The notes: generated by a model from the letters alone, not told the origin. Numbered from the stretch's first letter, positions 15,703 to 30,700 are shown. The stretch is DNA of 64,000 bases from Balanoglossus misakiensis (GCA_040954595.2 CM082582.2:5068303-5132302), one strand, 5' to 3'. Numbers and translations: made by a program.

Positions 15703-18700
15703 TTACTTCTTACGGGCAAACATAGTTGCTACTTTGGTTCTTGATGCGGACGATTTGTCTTTCAAGGCTCCAAGTTTGTTGAAGAATTTTGATTTTGCGT
15801 CTTCAGGTGCCGTTCCACCGCTTCCCACACTGCTGACACTGCTACTTCTGTGAACGAGTCAAAAAGTCAGGTTGGGAATAAATTTGACACCTTTACAATA
15901 TTGGTTCTGAACAATCTTAGGCAACATACATGTACATTATAACACAAGTGCACTTTGCTTCTAAAAGATGGATTGCAAAGGAGATTATATTAAATAACAA
16001 TACCAGTTTCAATCTTTACTTGAGTTAAATAAATTGCCAAAACGAATAAAAAATGAATAATTATTTTCTGGGTAAACAACAAATCAATGCTTTTTTAATA
16101 TACACAGAATTTTTCCAAAACACACAACATTCTAAGATTCTGTGATGACATTTTATTTCAAAATGCGATCAGCAAACATCACAAACACCCACCTCTCCAT
16201 ATTTGATGGTCTGCCATCCAGCTTTGTTTCATAGTCTTTAATCATTGCGTTGACAACCTCCTGTTATGAGAAGATATAACAAAGTTAGAAATTTTATTAT
16301 TGGCTGAATAATATCTGTGTCAAACAAACCCGACATGCTCTTTTCTGAATGATGGTCAATTTCACTTCTATGTTAAATTATTTACATATAAATCAGTTCA
16401 ATACTTGATAAGAAATAGAAACTTTGCTATTAGTGTTACATACATCATGAAGACTTTGCAAAATCTCACATACTTTAGGTGATTTATTTTCCAATCAATC
16501 CTCTCAGTATATTGTTTCAGCTAACGCAAAAATTCCACAATTTTTTTCCAAACCATCAGTAAATGTTATTTACTTGTCAAAAGTCAAATCACATCACAAT
16601 GAACATGATATGCGGATGAACAAATGAACTCAAAGAAAACTTCATGACATGATAAATAGTACCACGATAAGCTAGTGCTATTATGTATTACACATCACTC
16701 AAAATATACGACTTCCACTTCTAGTTGTGAGAATGTAAATAATTACATTAAAAAATAATGTCTACACATATGTTATTTAAAACCCCATAAAAGATATGGG
16801 AAGAAGTGAAATGCATGGAAGTGGAAATAAAGTGAGAATGGATTAGTGATAGGACAAGACAAGACAGTACAGAACAGAGAGGAGGTTAGAGAAACATTCA
16901 GAGACGTACATGTACCTCGTGTTCAGGAGCAACTTGCTCTAAATCTTGACGGAGACATCGTAAACCAGGCAGCAGACATTCCCTGATTAAATCATCGGAT
17001 ATAACTATGGATACAGTTAAGGATTGCAACCAAACACTTTTAAAAAATAAATTAATGTTTACAATGAAAAAGTATGTACTTACCATTATGCTGTCATGTG
17101 ACTCTTTTGTTTTTTTATCATGTAGTTTGTATGACTTGCACATCAGCCCACTACTTCTATCTCTAACTAATAATGGGCCAGTATATTTAACTTTTCAATT
17201 TTTTTTCAGAATTTTTGTTGTTGTTTTTAGTTTTGTCCCTTCTTTCACCCAATCTGCGACAAAGAGTATGGTTGTCGCCATTTTGTCTGTTGTTGGAACA
17301 GCACACCGCCTTACGCCATTGGCTGTATACAATTTTTGTAACCAGAGTCACTGGTTGGCAAACGCACATAAGACGATCGCTCCCCTTTAAGTACAATCTC
17401 AAGTTAAAGTTAATCAGTTTAATTTTCACAAAAATACTGATGGTCAGAGTGGCCTACTCCATTATATTTATTAAGTAAAACCAGTTCACTTTCAAACCTC
17501 ACAACTGGTGCATTTAGGCAAAGGATACAGCAACATGACAGAGCACTGTAGGCTTCAAAGAGTTGCAACGCGATATCGGATTTCTTAGTGTCATTTGTAG
17601 TGTTGTTATTTGCATGTGCTATGGCCGTCAGTCTGGGCAGTACAACTGTCAATCAAAACAAAAAAAATATGATGTCAATATATTACTCTAGAGGGCGCTG
17701 CACACGAATAATTGTGCTGTTGTGTTTGTGTGACAGAGAAAATGTAGATTTAAACTGTGCCCAACTTCTAAGAAAAACTATTCTTTGACTTACAATCATC
17801 TCTAAATTTCGGCTCTGAATTGGGTCCAACTCTTCCAAACGTCCTGATAAGTTCTACCGTGAGTGAGTGTTGGTCTTTGTATTGTGGATCATCCAGGAAT
17901 GATTGGAACTGTACATACACTCTTTCTAACATCTGAAAACAATTCAATGTTCAGTCAGTATCAACAATCTAGTTGTCTGTGGTAGGAATGAGAGATTATC
18001 AGCTATTGTAAAACAAAGATGCCAGGAAACGTGAAGAGTACACACAATGTTGTACAAGAAGTGGGACCACATACCTCTTTTTGAGTTGTATTTTCTAGTA
18101 TCGTACCAAATGCTGGTATTGTTGCTATTCTTACAGAGCTGTAAGAAAATAAATCCAACCATAATCAAATTTTGTTGTTGTTGCAGTGTAAACCTCAAAA
18201 ACAATTAACACCTACACACACATGACACCATCTTGCATCCTTAATATTATTCAAGTTAGCTGACTCGATAATTAATAGGAAGAACATGGTGAAATTGATA
18301 TGCATGTAACTGATTATCATTGAGCATTCGTCAAATACTAAACAGAGGCAGTGCATCCAGACTTACATTTCAGGGTCTCCAGACAGTGTAATAAGTGCAG
18401 GAACAACCCTTGTAGACACCAGTGTCTCGTTCACACCCTTCACAAGCAATTCAAACATCCTGGCAGACGCAGCTCGCACCAACGCCGAAGTATGCACCAC
18501 TCCGTTCCACAGCACCGTCATCAACAACTCATGGTAAATAGGATTGGCACTGAAACACAAAAGGAAAGTTCAAGGGTCAGTATCTGTGAGGTCAGAGGTC
18601 AGGATCTGGTGCTTGGCCCTAAGTGAGTCTCTATGTCGCAGTATCCAGTGTGTAATTCTCATGAGCACTGTGTACCACCATTCACACTTGTTGACTGCAA

Positions 18701-21700
18701 TGTTAAAATACTGGTTGACATCCCAAAAACTGTTTGTTGATATTAATCTGATTGGCTGTTCTTAGCAGTACTTTTGCGCAGTGCTGAGAAAGGAATGTAG
18801 AAGGAAATGTCTTCTTGATATGTGCAATGTGTGGTGTGGGTCTCTATTACACAATGCTGAGGAAAAATGTGATGATGATGATGATGATGATGCAGATGAT
18901 GCAGATGATGATGATGATGATGATGATGATGATAATAATATTGATGATGATGCAGGGCATCAGTGGTATATCACTTACTGTAATTCTGTGAAAGCAGCTT
19001 TGACACTATCTAACGAAGTATGGCACAGAGACAGAGTAGTTATGACATCCTGTAAGAACGTGGACAGCTGTTTTCTGTCCTCTTCTCTGTTGTAACATGT
19101 AAGTACTCCCGTAGCGTAGACCGGTACAGTGGCCTTGGTCAGAGACGTCTGGCCGGATATCACTAAAGTATCTGACAACACAGATGGACAGGCAGGGCTG
19201 TTACACTCAAATTATTGGAACTTTGGACTCAAACTGTTGTTGTCAATTCTGATGTCTGAACTTAAGTATGGATATGGCAGCACAAAGGATTAACTTTATT
19301 TTTAATTTTTTTGTATTCAAGAAAACAATTCGTTGTTTATCATGTACACATATTTCAGGTCTGCCCACTTGAATACTGTAGTATTGTCGGATGGCATATC
19401 AAATTGTAAGATCTGTTATTGAAGGTTATAAGCCTTAGATATTTTCTTTTATAATCTACCTCATGCTAATACTGTACCGTGATTCGCCAGAATCCGTCAC
19501 GTGATAGGAAAATAGAATCGACTATGAACCGCTAGGGAAATAGTAGAGAAAATATAAACCGGTCACGTGACCAACGTGAGTGCGCAGACTCGGTCACGTC
19601 AATCAGCGTCGCGTCGTCTGACAAAATGGCCACCGCTGAAGATGTCGTCTGCCAGCCTCAAGAGAGAATTGCAAGATTTTCCCAGCTGTTAGCATGAGGT
19701 TTATTATAAAACACCTATAGCCTGGCCTATATTCGGGCCATAGCAGCTGTTTTTACCCCCTCGTGATTGTGAGTTACCAGAATCATATGCTATTTCCCTC
19801 GGCCTGCGGCCTCGGGAAATAGCATATTATGATTCTGGTAAGGGACTGTCCAGAATTTACTTCCAGGGTGGGGCTGGAGGATTTCTTATTTTCCTGGTGA
19901 TTTTTTTCCATGGCCCCCCCTTGTAAATTGTGGAGGAAATCTGTGGCCCCCCCGTAAATTTCCTGTTTTTTTTCCATGACCCCCCCCCCCCAATATATAC
20001 ATGCATGCTTACCGGTACAGACTACCACACATACAGTCTGATAAGGCTGCATTTACAAACACCTCTGGAAGGGGGGGGGGAGAATTAAATTTTTGTTACC
20101 GTTAATTTCCACATGCCCCCCGTACACAACCCGAAATATTTTCAAATCCCCCCCCTTCCGAACAGCTTAAAATTTTGAAATCCCACCCCCCATTTTCTTT
20201 CACACAGCAAAACACATCACCTATCTATCTTGTAAAAAAAGAAAAACAGCGCTCCCATGAAAAGAATTTGAAACTGATGTTTTTCCTCATCAGTGGATAT
20301 TAAAACTGAACATTGTTTATATTTGTTAAGTATTTGTATTCTGTGTTGGCAGATATTGTAAACCAAGAAGTGAAGGGGGTGGGTTTGGGAGGGGGTGTCC
20401 CCCTCCCCTGTAAGAAAATTTTATAAAATACAGAGCTCAAAGCTGCATTTTAATGAACCCAAAAGCAAATTAACTTTTTATATACATATATGAATGATTG
20501 ATGAGAAAATTAACGAATTCCAGTCTGGACTTGAATTGAGCTCGTCAACAGTAACAACACTGACTGTTCACTGTACATTTATGGTCTGTGCTGGCAGGCC
20601 AAATGCTGGGCATTTTATTATGCTTCACAGAGTAGAACAAGAAACTGTAGTAGATATACAAAATAACCCACCGTAAAAATTACCGGAAATTCAAGCTTAT
20701 GAAGATTTAATGCACTGTCATCCAGGTAGCCATGGTGGTTTGTTTCTTATAAATCAGTACTTCTGGGCAAATATTGAGTTTGTGAGAGTTTTTTACATGG
20801 CCCCCCCTAAAAGATTGTGATTTTTATGTCTGACCCCCCCCTAATTTTTCTTGGGGAAAATGGGTGGCCCCCCCTGAAAATCCTCCAGCCCCCCCCTGGA
20901 AGTAAATTCTGGACAGTCCCTAACTCACAGCCCCTCGGGTGTAATAAACGGCCGCTATGGCCCTCATGGCCAGGCAATAGGTGTTCACTATGAAACCATT
21001 CAAAATTTGGTGTAACTGATGAAAATATTTAGAATACCTATCTGATCTTCTGGTACATTGAGAACTGCTTGGAATTTTGGTTTCACCTATTGAAGAGAGA
21101 GAGAGAGAGGAACAAAAGATTGATGCATGCTTTTACGCTGTATATATAATAGTTTCCATTGCAAAAACAAAGCAAATCTTTTATCTTATGATTACAATTT
21201 ATATTACAAGCAGGATATCTATGAACTTCCAAAATGTTGACTGATACTCTCATGTAGAGACAAAGTTCATCAATTTATCTGTCTTCACATAATTTGACAC
21301 TTACAGGAACATCATTGCTAATTGCTTTCTTTGCTTTGAATCATTGGTGTTCAACATACCTTAGTTTCTGTAAATGTTCTTCCAAAAGTTCTGCATAAAT
21401 TGAAAAAGAACTTGGAAAAGATGTGAATGCTTTTCGCATGGGCGACGTCACTGCTGTCAAGAACTTCCAATAGTCTTGGTACACTGTACATTGAAACATA
21501 AAAAAGGTTAAGAAACTTGTATTATTCTTTATTCTTGGAGGAAAATATTGGCAGTGAATTTGCTAAACATCTACCGCCACTGCTGTGTGTGGCAAAGCTC
21601 AAAGAACTGACAAGGTAACTATCCTGTAATGTAGTCAGAGAAACATTTTGTCTGTACTAAGAGGTATCTTGATCTGTTGGTGACTTGTAAAATCACTGTT

Positions 21701-24700
21701 TACCCTTGAGGTGGGGCAAGTCTGATGGAGAATTGAGATGTCAAATGCTCATACTGAATTTGAATGCTCACACAAGTATGCTCCACATAAGGAGAAGATG
21801 TGCTGAGTCCCTGCTTAAGTCATGTACCAGAGTTACGGCAAAAACAACACAGCCAATCACTACAATGTGTTGGACTTACCCCAGCTGAACCACAGTCTAT
21901 AGACTTATTTAAACTCAGTAATAATACAAAATGTTTTCCAAAAGGCCAAAGTAGTTGGTGGTTAAATAACGCTGGAAATGTGACTGTTCAACTTACAATT
22001 CATTGACGATCCAGTTAAACTTGTCCCATGTTTGATATTCAGTGTTATCTAGGTGCTCTTCAAATGCTTGTACCATGGCGGCTAACATGTGCTTATCCCC
22101 AACTACTGTGGACATGTCTAAAAGTGGCGAGGCTGGCTTGGGAAACCTTGTTACTGAAAGTGCAATAGACAACAACCGATCAAGTGGTACATCTCAACTC
22201 TGAATGTGATAAAATTCAGTCATAATCATTATATGACATCAACATTTTTACATCTGGGAAATTATTAATCTTTTCCTAAATTTGCATATTTGCAAATTTA
22301 CCATTTGCATATATGTTCAATGTCTTGCTGTCACACAGGGTAAACAGAGTATACTATCAGCAAATGATCAGAAATGTATCTGTTAACCCTTTCATACCCA
22401 GTTCCCTCTTTAGAGGTCCAACCTTACCATAAAAAACAATGGGTTTGGACTGAACCATGGAGGTGAAAGGGTTAATGTTAGTGATAGTAGCATAATTGGA
22501 GAAACGTGGAAAATCAAAATTTCAGGAATCAAACTTATCCCTGTAAAGAAAACAGCATTTTTTCCCCTCTTGAGCCACAATGCGTTTTCTATTATAAATA
22601 CAATCTTACTTTCTAGTGGGGTGATATCAACAGATGATCGGTCTATCTTGTCGATGAACGGAGCTGATAACAAGACTGATGTATAGAGGAATGGTATCAG
22701 GCATTGAAGAGCGCCCACTAATAGATTAATTCGACTCTCGTCCACCGTTGCACTGGCCACTGCTGATGTGTCCTGTTAGAAATCACACAAATAATGGTAT
22801 ATTTCAATTAGAATCAATAATGGTAGTGCATGTACATGCAATAATGTTACGGCTAAATTATACTAGACTTTGCACCTGACATTGATGATGAAAAGATGTA
22901 GTTCAAACAATTCTTTCACGATTTAGAATTAGTAACCAATATCTGTATTGTTCTCTACTTGTTTGAGCTGTGATTAATAGATGGAAATGCAGAGGCTATG
23001 ATTTCTGTGTAGTAACATCAAAAGGGTCTACTTGGTTTTTGGCATGTTTCTCTTAACCCTTTCACCCCCAGTTCCATATTTAGAGATCTAACTTTACCGT
23101 AGAAAATAATGGAATCAGACTCAACCATGGAGGTGAAAGGGTTAAAACTGTACCCTAGGAAAGTATAGTATACATGTAACTCTGTTCAAGTGTTGAGAAC
23201 AGAAGAGGATAGCTGTTTTCTTTCACCTTACCTTGACACACTGCTCAATTTTCTTGACAAACAATGCACAGAGATCATTTTCCAGCTTGCCCAGTTCAAA
23301 TGCCCACATTGCAAAGGATGGCAGATACACTGTCTGTGCTGCGTTGACCACCATTTCACTGCTGTCACGAAGTGCAGTCAGTAACAACTCACAACCCTAC
23401 AATAAGACAGTATCAGTATTGGGGTCAATTGTACCTGTACACTCATGTATATAGCTTGTACTAGTAACTTTTTTTCCTGCACACAATGGATTTTGGGATG
23501 GCTCTTTCCATTTGGATTTCAGAGCAGTCAGACATACGTCTTGGCAAATTACTGCAAAGAGCTCCACACAACAGGAAGAATAAACATAAATGAGGTGTGT
23601 TATAAAAAGTACTCCTGGAATTGACTTGAAACACTCACCTGAGAATATTTACCAGTATCATCAATATAGGCAGTAATAATAGCCAGACTTTTCACAACAG
23701 CTTCTCTGACCCCATCAGTCTTCTCGTCAAATAACATCTGCTGAAGCATTGACAACACCAAGGAGCTACGGATTTCACTCTGTGAAAAAAAAAGACAATA
23801 TTGCGAGTTTCAGTCACTGCAACTGCTTGTCCCTAGGAGTATGAGTAGGCCTGAGAGTTTATGTGAAGATTTGCAAATTTTAACAAATCCTATCCATGTA
23901 TTGGTATACCAACAGCGAAACTGAACATCACACACAGTCTCACAGACAGTAGAAGTGAGTCTACCAATGATATGATTGACCATTCTTGACAAAGTGTACA
24001 CACACAATGATGTAAAACATGTCATTGCGAACAGTTCAACACCTGTCTAATTAGGACACCTCTCTATAGAGGACAGATTTTGTAAGACAAAAGTCTCATT
24101 TTGGATACCTGTCTATTAAGGACACCTTCCTATTATTAAGGACAGATTTTCTTGTCCAAGAGTGTCCTCAATAGACATGTTTCACTGTAGTCCTATTGCT
24201 ACATATACATAATGGCAAAGGGAACCAAAAATGACCATTATAGTATACAATGCTTCTTTCCACTTTCAGAAAAGATGTTATACAATGGACAGACCTGAGT
24301 TCAGTATTCACTTACAGGTAAATAAGGAGTCAAGACACCACAGGACTCTGCAACCAATAATCTTCTCTCTGCATACTTGTGACTGATTTGCTCCCAACAC
24401 TGCGGCAACAATTCAGCTTCTACTCTTGTTGGTCCCACATGCTGCGCAAACGCTACGCAACCCGTTAAAATCATATGCCTGTACAAAAAAAAGATATCGT
24501 TAAAATCATCGAGAATGGTTGTTATTAAAACAAATAGTTTCATTTTCATTCAAAATTTACAACTGGTTTGTAATGAACCCATGAAGGTTATGGACTGCAC
24601 AGACCACAGTGCAACTTGCACTGAATATTTTTTTCTTTCCGAATTTTCAAGATAATGACAGGATGTAAACATTGTGTATTTACCTTTGTTCCTCATCGGG

Positions 24701-27700
24701 CTTCTTGATTAGATTAAATAGAATATTTAATAAATTATCTCTTTCTTTCGGATTAGGATGCAGACTTACTGTACAAAGGATAAGTGGGATTAATTCCTGC
24801 AAAAAATTGGAAAATGAAAAAAGGGTGAAAACACTGATGATATCATAAGTGGACTAGTTTAGAGGGTTTTTCTGGCAAAAACATTTTCCAGCAACTGCTG
24901 TTAAAATTCATAAAAGAAGCTTAATCCAGGTTGATTTAAACTTCCTGTAACATCTTGATCATGAACTCAGCTCAGATGAAAAACCCCAAACGATGTCAAA
25001 GGTCAGCAGGGGGTCAGGTGCAAGGATCAAGGGGTCACTGCACTGAACATGAAACAACTTACCTCTCTCTTGGCTAATAATACATTGGGTACTATATGTG
25101 GCAGAGACCTGGCTAACATCATTACAACATTCTCGTTGGATTCTGCTATTTTGGAAACTTCTACTGTCAATCTGTTGTCGAGTGACTGTGAATATGGTGA
25201 ATCTAGTAGTGCCTTCTTGAACTGTGATGACATATTACTGTGTGAAAGAAAAAACCCACAACATAAATCAACATTTAGCATATATGACCTTTGATGTCCC
25301 ATGGATTAAAACCTCATAATCTCAAACTGTCATAAAATGTTTACTAAACAATCATGACAGTAAAAAGTAGGATTATTTTGTAATAGCCATAAGATGTGTA
25401 AATTATTTGATTTTCAAAACTCTGGTCCAGGCCAGTAACATTCACGCAAATCTCACATAATCAATGATTATATACAGCTACATTGGTTTATTAACCCTTT
25501 CACCACCATGGTTCAGTCTTAACGCATTGTTTGATATGGTAAGATTTGACCTATATAGAGGGAACTGGGGATGAAAGGGTTAAAGTTGTGAAGCATATGC
25601 AAGTGTAAAATCTGCACTTACTTTCTGCATGGCTCGCAGGAGTGCCTACTCTCATCTCCCGCACTATCTGCCTCCGTATCTGTCACATTTATCGTCACAG
25701 TCTCTGCCACGCTCGACCCAACTGTCACATTCATGGAATCTATAGTCGGGGTCACCTCACTCTCGTTCCCTTCCTGGTCAGTGTCACATGCTTTCTCATT
25801 GGCTAGATTTGAATCAATGTTATTGTCTGTTGCAGCATCTTGACCAATAGGAGGCTTCCGCTCAGGGTGAGGCCCTCCTCCGCCTCCTCCTCCTCCTCTA
25901 TCTGCCAATGAATTGCCTTCTTTTATTTTTCTGGGAGTTGTAATTGGACTGACGACCGGTGTGGATGTTGCCCTCATTGTTCTCTGTACTGCTATGTCTC
26001 TGTGAAAAGAACAGCAAGGTGTATAAAATACAATTTCTCTATTAACCTTTTGACTTTCCATCTCAATGATTCTGCTGATAGGGAAGTTTTGGTTGATATG
26101 ATATGACAAAGATTGTAGCACAGATTAAAAGTATTTATTAAACTGATAAAGTAAAGATGAAGAAAATGGATGCTCTCACCTTTGAAGATTTTGGTTCTGT
26201 GTTTTTAACTCTTCAATGTCCTGCCTGAGTTGGGTTATTACATTATTGAGTTCATTAATTTGCGTTTCCTGAAATAATTACATAAAGGAAAGGAATAAAT
26301 TATTAACAGAAATAGCAAAACCTGTACGACAGAAGTTGTGGATATTCAAGAATAGAACAGCAAAGAATCAGCAAGTGTTAACAACAAGCCAACTCTTCAC
26401 ATTGGCCATCTACAATCCTTCCACTAACTTGTATTTAGTGTGTCCTCTAAGCCCATCTGACTCGCCACTGACTCAACAAACTCACTGGTGACTCAAGAAA
26501 ATTTTCCACACTACATGTAAAGGTATAGGGCTGAATCAGAGAATTTTTTTTGAAATCCTAAAATTGGCTCAAAGCTTTTAAAAATTGTTTGATAAAAGGC
26601 ACACTGATCAAGATGTCTGGTCACTGCCAAACATATCGCATGCAAAAAATTATATGGTTCACACTTACTAGGTTCAATCTCTCTTCATCTTGCACACACT
26701 GATCAGCTTCTGTTTCCTCAGGCTGTTCCAGTTCAATGGTCTCCTCCCCGCACGCCGCATCTACCGTGTCCTTGATTGGTACAGCATGGCTACCAAAGTC
26801 TCTGTATAAATGCAGGATGTCCGGCGGTTTGGGAATGTTCAGACCCACATCATCCCAGTCTTCAAAATCCTACAAGATGTAACAGTGATGTTATGTCACC
26901 CTGTGCTACATGTTTGCGCAAAAGTCTATCTCCATCTATTGATTTTTCTAGTTTCATACAAAGCTTGACTTGGTTAGCAAACCGTTGCTTTGGTAATTAC
27001 CATTTCCGAGAAAGTGTGAGTGAAATAAATCTGAAATTTCGTGAAGAAAATGCCTGCAAGAAACAGTGTCTCATACATGTGTGTAGCACATTATAAATAG
27101 CACCACCAAGTGGTGAAATTGGGAAATGCCTTACCTGATCATCGACTTCATCGGAGAATGTTATCGACGTTAACTTATAATTATTTAACAATAAATACTC
27201 ATTGACCAGGAAATTGACTGCACGCTTTTCATGGGGTTTAACCACATCCTGTAAGATATAAGAAGCAGTCATAAATTTCTCAAACGTTAATTGAAGATTT
27301 CCACACACAAGTTGAGCCCAGAAGCAAAGTGCAATGAATGACTACCATATTTTTTCCTAAGCTCTCCGCAAGCTAGGGTATAAGGAGAGTCAATGTGTTG
27401 CATTCTTAGGGGTATTACAGCAGATTAGGCCATATTTCCTGCAGCCCAAAATCTTAAGTCCTCCTACAGAAACAGGTAATCATGTAGTTACTGTGTACAC
27501 TTTATTTTGTCAAAAATTGATCATGTAAGAATTATTTATACATGTACCACTGGTCTCCGTTTAATCCACACATCATGACATGTTTTCACACACCTTACTG
27601 GAGACTACAAATGCACATTTCGTACTTGAAATAAGAAACTTTATGGATACCAGTAAAATATAACTATGAGATGTCTATAGCAATAACAGCAATCATCTTT

Positions 27701-30700
27701 GAAAGCAATTAATAGTGTTTGTTTCTTCAAAATGCCTAATGTCTCTTTTCCATTTACATGTTTAATTAGAACCTCTTAGGATTATTCTATGTCACTGCAG
27801 TATAATGAGATGTAATCAATAATGTATTCATCTGGACCATCGTGGAATCTGATATAATACTGCAATCCATTTTCATATACTTGGCTTGTGTTGTCAATTT
27901 TTGTCTACAATTTTATGTATCATAATTTCAATTAAAATTTTCAGGATACAAAAGCAATCATTATTTTCATATTATTAATACACGACGTACACACACATGA
28001 ACATACTTGCCCATTTGACTAGTTTTTACTATGACTCTGTGAGTAAAAGATACCTTTGAGGCTTTGACAGAGTATGGTAACTTTACTCACAGTAAAACTT
28101 ATGCATGGTCTTTTTAGACCTTAAAATTTCATTATCAATGATGTTACACTGTAGTAGAAGCTTCCAGATCAAAGCATTTGACCAACACATGTCATGAAGT
28201 TTCAATGACAATACTTTGTAGTTGAATATTCCATGAATATTGTATCATGTGACAAAAAAAATGCTGGAGTCTCCACAAGATAAAACTGCTGATTGGAAGC
28301 AATTTTTCCTTAGGGTTATTCTGCACTTTTGGGGGAATATCCCACATACTTCCTCTGTGCCACAAGCGTTGATGAGCACCATCCAACTCCTTCATTCCAT
28401 TTTCTCGGAAAAAGGTAAGGTGTATAGAATAAGTTTCTGTGGATACCCAGAGTCTCAAATTCTGAAGAGATTGCGGTTTCACTTCCTTCCTGGTGGTGAC
28501 ACTCTACTGTCATATCGTGATTTATAATGTATGAGACTTCCGAATGAATCCAAGAATCTCTTGACAGGAAGCTTGGCATAGATAAAGGAAACTAGTTTCT
28601 GAAGTCTGTAGGTGTGCTGGTGGCCTACACATTTTTACAAGTATGACTGCAGTGTTATGTGGCTGTGTTGGATCACTCTTTTTGAGCAAAGAAAATACAG
28701 CGAGTGAAAAAAATGCATTCGGTGCAGACTCATGTTTGTATGTTCTTCACTATATGCTGGCTGAGGCATCACATCGATGACAAAATTTCCCATTAATAAT
28801 TTATAATTTATCTATATATGGTGCATCTAAAAAGCAGTGGCGTTGAACATTTGCAGTATTAATAGGACTAACTAGTAATATAGTAGTATATATCAATTTG
28901 TCCAAATATGGGAGACATACCAGACTCACTGGGAATCTTCAATGGTACAAGTCAGGGATATCTCCAGTACTGTGTGATGACGCTAAGGTCAAGACATGCA
29001 GGCCCAGAACCCGGAAGACATTTATAAATGATGACTAACTCATAAATTACAATTCTTGTAGAAGTGGAGTAATATTTAGTATTATAATATACCTCATGCT
29101 AATACTGTGCCGTGATTCGCCAGAATCCGTCACGTGATAGGAAAATAGAATCGACTATGAACCACTAGGGAAATAGCAGAAAAAATATAAACCGGTCACG
29201 TGACCAGCGTGAGTGCACAGACTCGGTCACGTCAATCAGCGGCGCGTCGTCTGACACAATGGCCACCGCGGAAGATGTCGTCTGCCAACCTCAAGAGAAA
29301 ATTGCAAGATTTTCTCAGCTGTTAGCATGAGGTTTATTATAAAACACCTATAGCCTGGCCTATATTCGGGCCATAGCAGCCGTTTTTACCCCCTCGTGAC
29401 TGTGAGTTACCAGAATCATATGCTATTTCCCTCGGCCTCGGGAAATAGCATATGATTCTGGTAACTCACAGCCCCTCGGGTGTAATAAACGGCCGCTATG
29501 GCCCTCATGGCCAGGCAATAGGTGTTCAATATGGACATGATGTTTGGAATGCGCAATGATTCTGGCTGCAATTTGGAACATTTTTTGGCCAAAAATCTAA
29601 AAGAAAATATACTTTTAATAGATTTGTCATATTTGAATTTTTGGCAGACTGTAATTGTGTTTGAAATCTCCAGCCATAACAAGATCATATTATATGTAGT
29701 GGTACAGCCTCACACTTCAACATACAATTTGACACCTTCACAAAGGTTACATCTCGTCAACTGTGCCACTATGGATAAACAATTACTACTATTACTTCCC
29801 TTTTATCATCATATTTCTATTATACAGTAATCTTAGATAACATGTTCTGACACAGTGTGAATAAAGAGTTATACTAAAGTGCATAATAATGCTGAATACG
29901 ACTTTTTTAAAATTTAATTCAATGTTCAATTTTTCAGATGTCAATCAGTACTCAATTGTCAGAATTTGACACTCAAGAATGAGATGGTAACACAAAATAA
30001 AAAAAAAACCTTTTAAATGAGAACTTCTTTTTTTCAAATGACAATTTTTTAGAAATTGACACAAACTCGTTAACTTGGAAATTTTCGTTCAATGATACAA
30101 TAAACTAACTACACCTCACATGTACACCGACCATGAAATATGGCTGTGAAATATTGCAGTGCCACTTTCATGATTAATCACCCTCTCATCCATCCCTATT
30201 TGCCCAAATCTTGTAGGTGTTAAGTCGACTTCGTCAAATCTCAACCTTCAAGCCCTCTTGAAAGCTTGAATACTGCAAACAGAGTCAATGGGAGCAGGCC
30301 ATATACATTTAATGAAGGTGTATCAGAGAGAATAGTGGACAAACATTGAAGGAAAATACCCATGAACCACTACAATGATCTGAAGCGGAAAAAGCTATCA
30401 TAAAAGCACTATAGCATAATCAACGTGATAATTTCAAGATTGAGAAATGTAAAGTTGGATCATCTCTCGTGTGCCCAAGGATAATGGAGTGACGCACCCC
30501 TCTGGAAACGCTTCAAAAGACACTGATAATGCCATAGTGACTTTATTTCACACTCTGATACTGAAATTCAGCTTGGTTTGTGAAATAAAGTGTATATTAC
30601 TCACGTGATCAGTTGGTGACATTGGTCGTTTGGAGTCACTATGTGATGGGGAGGCTGCTTCACTCTCTGCAAGACAAAAATATTGACAATGCTGACATTA

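Noticed and set aside
20042-20090. TAA-GGCTGCATTTACAAAC..poly-G, a possible second nested TIR
   Set aside because: No matching inverted partner or target duplication found.
28192-28579. Cluster of 87-96 aa ORFs in RELCH intron 3 (similar cluster at 47575-48140 in PIGN)
   Set aside because: No identifiable motifs or coherent splice sites; possibly decayed transposon sequence but not supportable.
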